A DNA stretch of 64,000 nt from Octopus sinensis (GCF_006345805.1 NC_043004.1:17360001-17424000), one strand, 5' to 3'; positions 1-17,514 are shown, numbered from the stretch's first letter. Program-made: numbers and translations. Notes: generated by a model from the letters alone, not told the origin.

Positions 1-1072
1 TGGTGAGGATCCAAATTTTCTCTTCATCTTTCTTCCTGTTCTGGATCTTACATCATTTCCACATATTAGTTCATTAATATTGATATTCCCCTCTCATAAA
101 TTCAATCTCTTTTTCAATTTTACTTCTCCAGGTTGATTTCTTCCCAGGTTTTGTTTTCTTTGTTTTTTGGGGCATACAGCTGGTTTCAATTGCCCTAGCA
201 GAAGCGTAAATAATTTCATTTAACTCAGTAAAATCAGGTTTTAATTCTCGTATTATTTCATTTGTTACATAGTTGCCAATTTGGATTTGTTTTTTATTTT
301 GGTTTGTATTTGAGAGTTTATGAAGCAGTTCTCTATCATTCATACTTGTATGTCTTACAACTTCAAGCGTATTCAGGATTTTCATCCTCATTTCTGCCAT
401 AGACTCTCTGTGTTCTTCAGCAAATGCGAGATCTTCAGTTACTGTGGTTTTTTCGTTTTCCTGGCTATCTTTAACAGGTACAATAGAATTTCTTGTATCT
501 TCAGGCCTTTGCGTACTTTGGTCAGATGGCAGTCTTTCAATTAAGCCTCGTGGCGGGCTATACTGTTCATCTGATTCTTCATTTCCTTTGTGTCTTATAT
601 TTATGTCATTTTCCGTTGCGTGCTTGATCGCACTTATTTCACTGTCTGTGAGTCTGTTATTTCTAAAGATATCCCTCCTCACATTTGCTAATTTGTTCTC
701 GTCCAAATAGGGCCTACTGTCTTGATTCCGTGTTCTCCATATACTGTAAGAGTTTGCGGTGTGTCTCTCTTGAGATGGTCTACCTAATGCATAGTAATAA
801 GCATATATTACTTCTTTATACTCTTCTCGGGTCCATTTGTTCCGTTTACATTTTTCTTTCTGTGGTGGTTGTGGTGGTGAACTTGGAGGGCTCGAGTTGG
901 GGGATTTCCCGTTCAAGTGACCATCCATGTCCGTATTCGGAGAAGAGTTTGTGCCAGTTGATGACTTTTCGATCCCAGGCTGGCTCTTCCCTGGGGGACG
1001 CGCTTCCAGATTAACCATAGGACAAGCGATTTGGTATACTGATTTAGTTTTCCTTTTAGTTTCCAAAAACAT
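1..1072 (-). mobile_element. Dong/R4-type non-LTR retrotransposon (family D1), 5' portion; continues off the left edge
   Basis: Reverse complement of 1-927 matches 1784-2716 with scattered substitutions; encodes the same N-terminal region (KRNKWTREEYKEVIYAYYYAL, Myb-like) as the + strand copy that carries RT and REL domains. Confidence 0.85.
74..1072 (-). CDS. N-terminal part of Dong/R4 LINE ORF (Myb-like DNA-binding region); probable start at the Met near 1018 (MVNLEARPP)
   Basis: 332-aa ORF; homologous to ORFs 1715..2458 and 2376..3638; frameshifted near position 100. Confidence 0.7.
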   Translation of the reverse strand: MFLETKRKTKSVYQIACPMVNLEARPPGKSQPGIEKSSTGTNSSPNTDMDGHLNGKSPNSSPPSSPPQPPQKEKCKRNKWTREEYKEVIYAYYYALGRPSQERHTANSYSIWRTRNQDSRPYLDENKLANVRRDIFRNNRLTDSEISAIKHATENDINIRHKGNEESDEQYSPPRGLIERLPSDQSTQRPEDTRNSIVPVKDSQENEKTTVTEDLAFAEEHRESMAEMRMKILNTLEVVRHTSMNDRELLHKLSNTNQNKKQIQIGNYVTNEIIRELKPDFTELNEIIYASARAIETSCMPQKTKKTKPGKKSTWRSKIEKEIEFMRGEYQY

Positions 1073-1489
1073 TTTGGTGCTACGATAATGTTATCATTTT
1101 TTAGCTTTGATTGGCTCGTGGGGAGACGGCCATCATTGCCGTTACAATTATAATCGTACCATTATAGCAGCCGTAGTCGGCTTATTATTGTTATTATCTT
1201 CACCATTACCATCACTATCATCATTATCACCACCATTACCATCATCATTATCATCATCACCATCACCATCACCACCATCATCATCAATGATATTGTTTTA
1301 TGTGTAGTCACAGCAGTATCTTATTATTGTTATTTTATTTTTGTTTTTTTTATCATTATCACCATCACAGTAGTGTCTGTCTGTCTCGTTGGCTGGCTTG
1401 GTGGTTGGCTGGCTGACTGTCTTCAATGCCAGAGTTCTTGCCTGTCAAATAATACTTTCATATTTGGTTAACAATAGAGCCGAGGTGAG

Positions 1490-1528
<39 letters not shown>

Positions 1529-1590
1529 GATAGATAGAATATCAGCACTATTACTATCTTTTTTATTTTTTTATTTTTATTATTATTTTA

Positions 1591-1633
<43 letters not shown>

Positions 1634-1644
1634 GTTGTTGTTGT

Positions 1645-1726
1645 TCAGGTCACTGCTTGGAATCGAACTCGGAATCTTGGGGTTAGTAGCCTGCGCTCTT
1701 AACCATTACGCCATATGCCCGTGGGC

Positions 1727-1727
<1 letters not shown>
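1645..1727 (-). mobile_element. tRNA-derived head of Penelope pseudo-LTR / SINE-like module (isolated, inverted)
   Basis: Reverse complement GGGCATATGGCGTAATGGTTAAGAGCGCAGGCTACTAACCCCAAGATTCCGAGTTCGATTCCAAGCAGTGACC has an A box (TGGCGTAATGG) and a B box (GAGTTCGATTCC); same sequence at 54260 and 59765. Confidence 0.8.
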
Positions 1728-1781
<54 letters not shown>

Positions 1782-1783
1782 GT
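1728..1783 (+). repeat. (AAT)n microsatellite, 5' flank of the Dong insertion
   Basis: Direct reading. Confidence 0.95.
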
Positions 1784-6204
<4,421 letters not shown>

Positions 6205-6220
6205 TAATAATAACAATAAT

Positions 6221-6372
6221 ATCATCGAAAACACCTTAGGAATGAGAACCCAGGTTCGAAATCTCCCCAGACACATGATGAAGGCTGGCGGGTATATCAG
6301 CTAAAACGTTGTGCTAACAACAAACAAGATGAGGAAAAATATCCGTCAAATGTAAATAATGTAAATAATGTA
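6221..6372 (+). mobile_element. 3' half of Penelope pseudo-LTR with decayed minimal hammerhead (6270-6316)
   Basis: Homologous to 54973-55118 and to 59848-59968, which directly follows the Penelope ORF. Confidence 0.75.
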
Positions 6373-6375
6373 AAA

Positions 6376-6625
6376 GATGTTATTACTGTTTAGTCTCAGG
6401 AAGACATCTTTTCCAGCTGGCTATCATCTGTGTCCGTATACTGTGACACATCATCTGTGTCCGTATACTGTGAGCAAGGGAGCTCTCCCTCCAGCCTGAG
6501 CGATACCTGCAAACCAATGGTTTCAGAGTAATTTCCCTTCCTCGGTACAGCACAATCGTTGACTAGAGATGGCAGCTACTCGACCTCGCTCACAGTATAA
6601 GGGGGCTAAACAGTAGAAACATCCC
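6376..6625. mobile_element. MITE / foldback element with about 23-bp terminal inverted repeats
   Basis: Left GATGTTATTACTGTTTAGTCTC versus reverse complement of right GATGTTTCTACTGTTTAGCCCC; inner inverted pair TATACTGTGAGC (6464) / GCTCACAGTATA (6588); internal tandem duplication of about 23 bp; a related left end occurs near 46101. Confidence 0.6.
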
Positions 6626-7401
6626 TTTACGTTGGCAAATAGACTTTACTATGCAATATTGTTACTACATATTTCTTTCTCAGAAATTTAAAACTACTTG
6701 TTTTCCTCTTTTTTTATTTAAGTACTCACACAAATATTATAAAGTCTTTAATAAAAGCACTATCAAACTGTCTTACTGCACTACCTATAATTTCGTCCGA
6801 ACCCATGCTATGTATAGCAATGTTAATAAGCTCCCTACACGAACATCCAACTTCTACTGCTCTTTTCATAGTTTATGTACTCTTCAAGGAAACTTCTTTT
6901 GGACTAATTCAAACATCAGTATCTTACATATGGCACGCAATGTAAGATGATCAAAACACAAACACGAATACATTCTCTCATTCAAAATTCCAATACTACA
7001 TCCATTACTTTGTTCTCTTAAAAATAAAATAAAAAAAAGTTTGTGAAATATTATTTAACATTTCGCGTATCATAATGACTTCAGCAAAACCATATAATTA
7101 CAAGGAATCATGCCAACAGCACAATTCTCAAAATATGAAATCCTATTTCTACAGTATCACTTCAAAATTAAGAATCTGAATGAATTTTTTGGACATTCAA
7201 GCATTTTAAAGCCATTACCGTAATTAACCACTAACTCTTAGGTATCACTTACTTAAACATTACAAAAAGAAAGGCTATTATCATTACATAGCCATCGAAA
7301 CGTTCATAATATTTCTATCGTTAGGTTTCGTATACAAGTACTTAGACGCTGCTTGCGTCTAAGTATTTGTATATGAATTGTATCTATTTTGTAGAAATCG
7401 C

Positions 7402-7432
<31 letters not shown>

Positions 7433-7548
7433 CATACATACATACATTTATATGTGCGTGAGTGTAGGCTAGGTGCGTTAATGTAGGCAACTAATTATAT
7501 ATGTACATATGCATATATATATGTGTGTGTATTCGTGTGTACAATTTT

Positions 7549-7576
7549 GTCTCTCTCTCTCTCTCTCTCTCTCTCT
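7549..7576 (+). repeat. (TC)n microsatellite at the 5' edge of the LINE block
   Basis: Direct reading. Confidence 0.9.
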
Positions 7577-8220
7577 CCCCCCATCTTACCCACACCACCA
7601 TCAACACAGAAGACGACAAGAGAAGCACACCAAGCCATTCCGTCATCAACCAATAACCACTCAACACCTGAAAAAATACGAACGCCACCAACAACAGCAA
7701 GAACCAAAGGAACAGAAAAACAAAGAAAACACACAAAAACTGATCCCCCATCCCTTATACCGCACTCACCACACACAAACTCTCAACAACCAACAACAAC
7801 GAAAACAACAGCACAACCACTTACACAGACATACATAGAAGCCTACAACATACCCCTACCCCCTACTGATTCCTCAGAAATTTCGTCGGAAGACGAAACC
7901 AGTGAGGAATGGCAAATAGCTACAAAAAGAAGGAAAATAAAGAGCAGAAACACAACCAAACACGAACAAAGCAGGGGGAAATACATCTCCCGAAGATATT
8001 TCAAAACCCAACACAAACAACAGCCACACCAACACCACAAAAATATATACAGCAAACATGCTCACAGCTATAGACACCAAAAACACAAATTTGATGGAAT
8101 ACATCCAATCAAAAACAAACATAACAGATGACATAAAAACAAACAATCACCCATACACAACACCACCAGACCACATCAAAATATTACACATCTCCAAAAG
8201 TCTGCACCACACACTCAAAG
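7577..8220 (+). pseudogene. A/C-rich, G-poor LINE ORF1-like segment
   Basis: ORFs 7523..8131 and 8058..8333; acidic patch followed by WQIATKRRKIK basic motif; strong sense-strand A bias; lies directly upstream of an APE-RT ORF2. Confidence 0.45.
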
Positions 8221-11200
8221 GCATTTTCCCCAGTGCGGTTGGTAAATGCCAAAAATATCTCACAAAGAAACTGTACTGGGATCTCCTCGAGGACAAACCA
8301 AAGGAGGAGAAAGCAAAGACTTTCGAGCAGTAAGTAACCCTCTGTTCCTTTCACTTGTATTCTAATTCATTAGGATTATGATCAAGATTGGTTGTGTAAA
8401 TGCGCGTGGCTTGGGGTCCCCTTGGAAACAAGGGTACCTCTTAAATGACATAAAGTCACATAAGTTAGAAATCATAGCCATAAGTGAGACCAGACTCCAC
8501 AATCCGCGGGCCCTAAAGACCATGTTTGGCGGACAGTTCAACAAATTTTCCCACTCTGCCGAGAATGGGCGGTAGTGGCACCGCGGTACTTTTTCGCAAG
8601 AGTCTGGATCTCAAAGTAAGGACAATATTCGTAGACCCGGAGGGTAGACTGGTCGTCCTGGATGTCGACGGCAGCAATGGGTGCGCTTTTCGACTCGTAT
8701 CAGTCTACGCACCGCCCTTAACAGGTCGGGCGGATTTCTTTCAACGTCTAGAAGTATTCTTGGGAACGTCTCGTCCTTTACTCTTAGTGGGGGATTGGAA
8801 TGCTACCTTGGACACGCATGTAGACTACGTGGGTAGAGATAGGAATAGACGGGGATGCAAATGCCTCAGAGACCTGCTCAGACGCTTTCAACTGTCTGAC
8901 AGGTTCCGACTAGACCACCCGAATGCGCCAACGTGGACATGGAGCAACCGCATCGGGTCGTCGAGATCGTATCTAGATAGGATACTGTGTAGGACAGTAG
9001 ACAGAGATAGCATAGGATGTCCACAATTCCACATAGTCAGCTACACGGATCACAAACTTGTGACATGTACGCTAGACTTAGGTAAGACACTTAGGCAGGG
9101 TCCCGGATACTGGAAACTAAACGCGTCTTTCCCATCGAGACAGGTTTTCAGAGACCGGATTAGCACACTAGTAAAGAGGGCTTTGATGGGAGCCATCATC
9201 AACAACAAATGGTGGTTTGCCCTCAAGAGAGCAGTAAAAGCAGAAGCGATTAGGTACAGCAAAGCACTAGCCATAGATAGAAATAGAGTAGAGGGTGAGC
9301 TAGTTAAGAAGCTAGAAGAGGCAATTAGAAGTGGCATCGCATCCGACGTTTTGGCGGCGAGGTTGGCCCTCGACCAACACTTCAACGCCAAACACGAAGG
9401 ATGTGCTGTCAGAGCTAGGATGCGTGCTCTAAGGAACGAAGGTGTTGGAGCCGCGAGAGAGGCCCGGGTGGCAGAGGCGCAACAGAGCAACAAAGCCACC
9501 ATTCGGTCCCTGGTAGATGAACAGGGGCGCGAATTGCTCGAGCCAAGTAAAATGTGTGAGGCCTTTCAATAGCATTTTGCCCGACTGTTCGGGACGAGTG
9601 GAGGGCAAGAACGTAGGGTGGACTTCAGTGCCTACCTACATAGCCTACCACGACTCTCGACAAGAGAGGCAGGGTGCTGCGAAGGTGCCATCACGGCGGC
9701 GGAAGTGCAGGACGCGATGGCAGAATGCTCGAGGGACAAATCACCGGGTTTGGATGGTCTACCCTACGAGCTTTACAATTGTATGCCAGACTTGTTTGGA
9801 GATCTCTTGGCGGCGGTGTACTGCAACTGGCAGCAAAACGGGAGCATTCCTGGTTTTGTGAGCCGAGGAGCCGTAACACTGCTGAAGAAAGATCTAAACA
9901 AGAGAAATGTAATAGATAACTTTAGGCCCATCACTCTGCTTAATGCAGACTTGAAAATTTTGGCCAAGGTGCTAGCCAAGAGGTTGGCGCTTGTCATCGA
10001 GAAACTGGTCGACAAGGCGCAAACATGCGCCGTGCCGGGCCGGACCATCCATGACAACCTCCACCTGATGCGCTACATCATAGGCAGGGTAGTTAACGAA
10101 CCTGGCATGGGTGGGGCGCTGATCAATTTGGATCAATCGAAAGCTTTCGATAGGGTGGACCATCGATACTTGGAGGCAGTCCTCAGAGCGGCTGGCTTCG
10201 GTCCCGTCTTCCGTGGCTGGATAGCTGCTTTGTACAGAGACATCCGTTCGGTAATTGGCGTGAATGGACATCTATCGAGACCCTTCGACATCGCACGTTC
10301 GGTCCGTCAGGGATGCCCCCTCTCGTCGCTTCTATACGTATTGACTCTCGAGCCATTATTGCGGAAGCTGGCAACTTTGAGGGGCATCCCGCGAGAACTG
10401 GGATGCGGGACGAGCGTGTCTGCATACGCGGACGACGTCACCGTTATAGTGTCTAGCCACGAGCACATCGAGCAGATCGGCGAGACACTGAAAAACTACG
10501 AAGCGGCGACAGGAGCGAAAATCAACCGGGAAAAGTCAGTGGGCTTGCGACTAGGCACCTGGAGAAGCAAGCACATGCCGTCCACCAGCGCCTCCGTCGT
10601 GGGACGCTGGACCGACGGCCCGGTTGAGTTGCTCGGGGTCTGGTTTGGTCCGGACCTCCAAGTGGAGAAGAACTGGAACGAGATAACGACTAGTGTGGTC
10701 AACTCGCCCGGCAATGGGCCGAGAGGAAACTGTCCCTAAAAGGTCGGGCGGAGGTGGCGAACACGTACATCGCGTCCGTCATCTACTACCGCCTGACCGT
10801 CGTGCCTTATCCCGACCCTACCATCACCAAACTAGAACGCATTCTCTTTCGCTTCTTGTGGAAAGGATGCGTCCCGACGGTTAGGCGATCCATTTGCTGT
10901 CAACACCCGTTAAAAGGAGGACTGGGCATGCCGTGGTTGATGATGCGCAGACACGCGCTGAGACTGCGACATCTCAGGCTCTTCGTAGACGACGGTGAAC
11001 AGGTGTGGTCGCCGTTTGTGAGGCACGCTTTCCCGCAGCTCGTCTCCATGACCGAACTGCAGTCGTGGATCAAAAAGAGGCCGAAGAAGGGCGAATGGCA
11101 CCGCGAGTGTCGCGTTGCTCTCAAGCAACTCTGCCGTCCTGGGTCGACCTTGAGTGACTTCATCACAGCCAAAGCATTCTATAGGGAATTAGTGGAGGGG

Positions 11201-12266
11201 AGGTACGACGACGAGCTCGGGGCGAACCTGGACGTCGACGAGGAGTACCTGACCCGCCTGTTCGGGCCGACTTTCGGGCCAGGGCCCATGGACAACTTCC
11301 AGAGATCCCTGGCCTGGCAGTGCTACCGAGAAGCGCTACCCGTTCGGGATAAGCTCTACAGACACGGCTCGAGAAACACGGGGCCGACCTGCCCGAGATG
11401 CGGTCAGAGCGACGAAACCGTTCTGCACGCACTCGTGCAGTGTCCAACAATTTCCGACCTGTGGGCTTATGTCGAACAACTGCTGTCACGTGTGGGACTA
11501 GTCGGTTTATAAGCTGCGTCTATCGTCAATATTGTCACGCCTCCTTCTTTCAAACGGGAAGGGAGAGCTATTTTCATCATCCTTGTGGCTATGGCGAAAG
11601 AATGTATCTGGTGGACGCGTCTGAAAGGATTGGAGACAAACACTTTCCTCTCTGGTCAATCTCTCATCAACTTCTTCAAGTACCACTTGAAAAGGAAAGT
11701 GAGAGTAGAGAGGCAAGTTTTGTCTAGCGAATGTTTAAAAAAAAGATGGGTGAATGTAGCAAGGATGGCACGTATGAATGACGAAGCCACCTTGAGCATA
11801 ATCCTATGAACCCAGAAATTTAAAACAGAGGGTTTCCCACTTGCAAACAAATGTGGTAACATATAACAATATTGACCAAGGTTACCGTGGTCTTTTTCGT
11901 AGGCTTTTCTTCCCACGGATAAACCTTACTTGCTTTCCCCTTTACACCATATATCATAACACTGTGATACACGATCCCTATTGATCGTTTTTTTTCCTCT
12001 TCCCCTTTTTTCCCCTTTTTTCTTCTTTTTTCATTTCTCTTTTCTTTTGTTCCTTTTCCTTTTCTTCCTTTTTTTTATTTTTTTAATTTTTTATTTTATT
12101 TATTTATTTATTTATTTTTGTTCTCTTCTTCCCTTTTACGATCTCTCTTGATCGAAAACCTACGCCACTCCTTTTTTTGTTTCTTTTGTTTTTTGTTTTT
12201 ATTCATCCCCCAAAAGAAAAGCTCTACCTTGTAACTTGTCCCATCTGTGTGCCAATAAAGAAACTT
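8221..12266 (+). mobile_element. Tx1/L1-clade non-LTR retrotransposon (end of ORF1, ORF2, pyrimidine-rich 3' UTR)
   Basis: APE start IGCVNARGL..IIAISETRL; GDWNA; SYLDRI; TDHKLV; GPGYWKLN; KSPGLDGLPYELY; FRPITLLNADLKILAK; LDQSKAFDRVDH; VRQGCPLS; AYADDV; C-terminal CPRCGQSDETVLHALVQC; ends AATAAAGAAACTT followed by (ATCT)n. Confidence 0.92.
8378..11809 (+). pseudogene. Tx1-type ORF2 (AP endonuclease + reverse transcriptase + C-terminal Zn motif) with about 2 frameshifts and 2 in-frame stops (9570, 11510)
   Basis: ORFs 8378..8575, 8526..9572, 9618..10739, 10754..11512 and 11585..11809 are colinear; 9618 and 11585 are in frame with the preceding stops. Confidence 0.9.
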
Positions 12267-12275
12267 ATCTATCTC

Positions 12276-12373
<98 letters not shown>
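12267..12373 (+). repeat. (ATCT)n microsatellite
   Basis: Direct reading. Confidence 0.95.
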
Positions 12374-12374
<1 letters not shown>

Positions 12375-13115
12375 GCACACATACATGCGTACATACAAAA
12401 ATACCATGTTGTTTATGTTGAAATTCCAATGAAGGAGCCTTGGATCTAGGTTAGAAACCGGCTCTTTCTCTATTAGCAAGAAATCTTGAAATAAAACTGA
12501 ATAATGGTAACATACATGCATACATACATTCATACATGGATACATACATATATGCATACATGCATACATGGATACATACACACATGTAAGCATATTTTTT
12601 AAACTGTATATATGATAGCATTTACTATTATTTTACAATAATACTGTGTACCTGTTTGTTTGCACAAGGACGAGGATATGCGCATATATATAGCCTTGGA
12701 AGCCATGGAACGGGCGTAAAGTTATGAATCCTTTCAATCTTAGCCTAAAACTCCCACATATCCCGCCAAAAGTTTGCACATGGACATGTGCTTTGTACAT
12801 TTGTTAAAACTTTGATTGTAACTCTATTCCTATACACATACACGCGTATTTTGTTTTATGAGGTTTTACGGTTGCATGTTTGTCGTGTGCGTGTTGTATT
12901 TTCTGTATGTATGTCTATGTCAGTGTGTTTTCTTCGTATACGAGTATCGGTCTCTTTGTAAACGTCAGCGTTTGCACACACACACTCACACACATTCCAA
13001 AACCCTTACACACATTCCAAAACACTCACACACATTCCAAAACATTCACTCGTAGACACACGCACTCACACACACCACACATATATTTATCTATATACAG
13101 ACATATTTTTATAAC

Positions 13116-13161
<46 letters not shown>

Positions 13162-13351
13162 ATAATATATTATATATATATATATATAAATATATCTTAG
13201 TATATTTAAAAAAGCACGTATATGAATATATATGTGTATACATGCAAAACAGAAGGCACACTTAGAAATTCTCAGATTTACAGTCAAGTATAAATATATA
13301 CAAGCATACATACCACATACATACACACACATATATGTATACATGTATATA

Positions 13352-13397
<46 letters not shown>

Positions 13398-13579
13398 TAC
13401 ACACAGATGTGTGTGTGTGTGTGCATTTATATATAATAAGAACAAACTTTGATAACATAGACTCAAATAATTAGAAGGGAGAAGGCGTTACTGCTTGTAC
13501 ACACTCGCGCGCACGCACACACACACACACGCGCACACACGCACACACACACACACACACACACATATATACAAGATCA

Positions 13580-13845
13580 AAGGCCTTCGTTTAATCAATG
13601 AATACCTGGAAAAGATCCATATTCTGCTCATTGCACTTCTGCATCTGTCTTGCTGTGAAAATCATATCCATAGTCCTACCAGATCGGAAGCCACGTTATG
13701 ATTCAGATAGGACATCATTCCTATCCAGCTGCAAATACCATGCCAGTGGAGCCTGCTGCAGTCTGATTGCTTGCCAGCTCCTGCCAACCCATTCAGTCCA
13801 CGCCAACCCGGAAAACAGACATTAAATGATGATGATGATGATGAT
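13580..13845 (+). mobile_element. 3' end of an RTE-type LINE or RTE-tailed SINE
   Basis: Ends ...GGAAAACAGACATTAAATGATGATGATG, resembling RTE-clade 3' termini with a (GAT)n tail; recognised from memory only. Confidence 0.45.
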
Positions 13846-14319
13846 AGATATGATATGTAGACCTCCATAATACATTAGCTATGTTTCATAGACTAGCTGG
13901 TCAGAGCTACTTGGATTTATTGAGCAACAGAGAACGTAATAAAACCATTGATAATTGTCGTACTCCAATCTTCTCTATCGTGAACTAAATTTTCAAATTT
14001 CCACATCGGGTAACTAATTCGGGTACAAAGTAAGTGACTTGTAGGGGACAGTGGGGTTAGTTGATACCTAGGACAGCAAAGGGATGAGAAACAAACTTGC
14101 CCTTGGTGGGATTTGAAAGAATAAGAAGAAACATGGCAAAATTATTTTTCTGATGCCCAAAAAATTCAGTCAGTTTCCTACCAAATTCTGAAGTGATAAT
14201 GGTCTCAATTTCAAGGGCGGAGCCAAGTCAATTAGATCGGCTCCAGTGTTCAACTTTATCAACCTCAGTGCTCAATTTGTACTTACTTTATGAGCAGAAG
14301 GCACCCATATATATATATA

Positions 14320-14364
<45 letters not shown>

Positions 14365-14582
14365 AGTACAAAGTAGATAGGGGTTATGAAAGTAACCCAC
14401 TATGGGATATCATTTATCCAATATACTGCTGATTATTATATTACATTTGATGTATAATGTTTAGTTCGATTTTGATGTTCCCATTTATATAATTAATAAA
14501 TAATGTGAAATTGTAATATCCGTAGTTGATGATCGAAATGAATTTGTTTATCCATTTTCTTATTTGTATATATATATATATA

Positions 14583-14638
<56 letters not shown>

Positions 14639-14852
14639 CATACATGCGCACTAACACACTCTTATATATTTGTGTGTAGGCCAGTCTGATTGTCTCTCTT
14701 CATAAAAATGTATGTACAATATGTCATATATGTACACGCGCACACGCACACATACACTCATACACACATATACACGCATACATACATGTACATAGTCATA
14801 CATATGCATTCAATACGTGCATACGTACATATATACATGCGTACATATATGT

Positions 14853-15101
<249 letters not shown>

Positions 15102-15539
15102 TATATATATATATATATATATTATACACATTTGTATATATATACAGACATTTATATAACATATACACACACACATACACATATACACACACGCCCGCAC
15201 AGCTACACACATACACATCAGTTAACTAACCAGTCGATAACGAATAAATATATCTGAAGCAAAATATAATTAGTGTTTGGTCGGCGGAGCGTTTATCCGT
15301 GTTATTTTTGTCATTAGTTTTTGTCTTTCATTGACCGTTGTGTATATTTTCGCTCACATATTTACTCTTAGGTTCTTTTATCTATTAACTACTTATAAAC
15401 AAACTCAGTGAATTCGCGTTTCTCCTTTTATACATAGAATTACAGTTTACGGTCGTCGTTTGAAGACCTTCACATACAAATGCATTAATTGTTTAATGCT
15501 AGAAATACGTACTCACGTCTACACACACACATGCCACAC

Positions 15540-15572
<33 letters not shown>

Positions 15573-15609
15573 ATTTATATATATACGTCTATATATATTA
15601 TATGTACGT

Positions 15610-15990
15610 CTGTATGTGTAGTAAGAAGCTTGCATCCCAACCACATGGTTCCTGATTCAGTCCCACTGCGTGGCAACGTGTGTGTCTTCTGCTGTAGCCT
15701 CGACCGGCCAAAGCCATGGGAGTGGATTTGGAAGACGGAAACTGAACGAAGCTCGTCATATATCTATCTTTCTATCTATATGTGTGTATGTGTGTGTGTG
15801 TCTTTATGTTTTTGTTTATTTCCTACCACCGCTTGACAATCGGTGTTAGTATGTTTACGGCCTGTGACTTGGCGGCTCGGGAAAAAGGTCTATAAAAGGT
15901 ACTGGGATTGATTCATTCGTCTAAAACTTCTTCAGGGCATTGTCCGAGCATGGCTGCAGTCTAATGACTGAAACAACTAAAATATAAAAG
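15610..15990 (+). mobile_element. tRNA-derived SINE, type B (internal microsatellite), decayed
   Basis: CCACATGGTTCC..TTCAGTCCCACTGCGTGGCA, GGAAACTGAACGAAGCTCGTC, tail CAGCATGGCTGCAGTCTAATGACTGAAAC; many copies in the window. Confidence 0.75.
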
Positions 15991-16040
<50 letters not shown>

Positions 16041-16245
16041 TTAATCCAAACAAGAAAGCACAAAAAAAAACACAACAACGCGAGGACGTGGAACAAATAT
16101 AGTATTATTGGACGCTCAGGAAAGAAGGAGGGTTAAACGTTTCGAGCGGAGCTCTTCGTCGGAAACATAGGAGAAGGAAAGATCCAGAGAAGGGAAGACA
16201 GAGGAAAAAAATCGTCAACGGTACACACGAGGTCACGTTTTGAAA
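16041..16245 (-). mobile_element. Solo repeat (probable PLE pseudo-LTR, family P2) with hammerhead-like motif at 16132-16166
   Basis: Inverted, diverged copy at 17515-17725; reverse complement GTTT CCGACGA A GAGC TCC GCTC GAAAC GTT TAAC. Confidence 0.6.
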
Positions 16246-16428
16246 GCAATATATATATATATAATATATATAATATATATTATATATATATAATATTATA
16301 TATATATATATACACATGCATATACACACACACACACCCACATACACAACACAACCTATATTACATATAATGTATATGCATATGTATATACAATATACAC
16401 ACAGATGCACACATAGACGTACGCACAC

Positions 16429-16462
<34 letters not shown>

Positions 16463-17127
16463 CATACACCCACATGTATGTATGCATGTATGTATACGAG
16501 GATCAATTAATCTGTTAAAAATAAGTCAAATCGACTGCGAAGCTCCCCACATGCTTTCGCTGGTCGGGATGACTCGAAACACTCAGGTATGACTCGAAAG
16601 ACCTTTCAGCTTAGTAGTTAACGCCAAATGAAACTACATTTCTCTGGTACCTGCTATTCACCAAATCCAAAGATATTCCGGTATTATTGGTACCTTAAGC
16701 CTAATTCTGGCAATAAACGTGAAACGAACGAATAATCTGGTCATCAGATGCACTTATGTCTGCAGTGTGTGAATCATGTTTCAATAGCTAATTTATTATT
16801 AACACATTGCGTCACATAATTTCGCATGCAATAACATGGTAGATTACATAAAATTATGCAATAATTTGCTAACGTAATATTATCACATCATCAGGTAGTC
16901 TCCATTAGAGGTTTATTAGGCTACTATAATCCCATCGGCGCATATCGCTTTATAAGTCTCTACTAAATATTATCTGAAGAAGTTACAATGTTATCAAAAC
17001 ACGTTATTGCATAATTTTATATAATCCGGCGTTTCTCATTTACTACTCTCTCTCTCTCTCTCTCTCGTTCATATATACATATATATATGTGTGTGTGTGT
17101 GTATGTGTGTGTGTGTGTGTGTGTGTG

Positions 17128-17432
17128 AAGGTGCATGGCTGAGTGGGTTTGTGAGTTCGATTCCCGGACCGGGCTGCGTATTGCGCTCTTGAGCAAGACA
17201 CTTTATTTCACGTTGCTTCAGTTCACTCAGCTGTAGAAATGAGTTGCGACGTCACAAGTGCCAAGCTGTATCGGCCTTTGCCTTTCCCTTGGATAACATC
17301 GGTGGCGTGGAGAGGGAAAGCTGGTATGCATGGGCGACTGCTGGTCTTCCTAAACAATCTTGCCCGGACTTGTGCTTTTGGAGGGTAACTTTGTAGGTGC
17401 AATCCCATGGTCATTCATGATCGAAGGGGTTC
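17128..17432 (+). mobile_element. tRNA-derived SINE, type C head with CORE-like domain
   Basis: TGGCTGAGTGG A box, GAGTTCGATTCC B box, TTGAGCAAGACACTTTATTTCACGTTGCT..CACTCAGCTGTAGAAATGAG. Confidence 0.75.
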
Positions 17433-17435
17433 CCG

Positions 17436-17482
<47 letters not shown>

Positions 17483-17514
17483 TATAATATATAATATATA
17501 TATATATTCCAATA

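Noticed and set aside
1645-1727. Possible genuine tRNA gene (anticodon ACT)
   Set aside because: T and acceptor stems are poorly paired, the anticodon differs between copies (ACT/TCT), and it is part of a repeat
9050-11916. Long antisense and alternative-frame ORFs over the Tx1 ORF2
   Set aside because: Expected shadow ORFs in GC-rich coding sequence; no motifs
12420-12500. Hammerhead-like CCAATGAAGGAGCC..TAGGTTAGAAACCGGCTC
   Set aside because: Core (CCAATGA) and stem I do not fit, and there is only one copy here to compare
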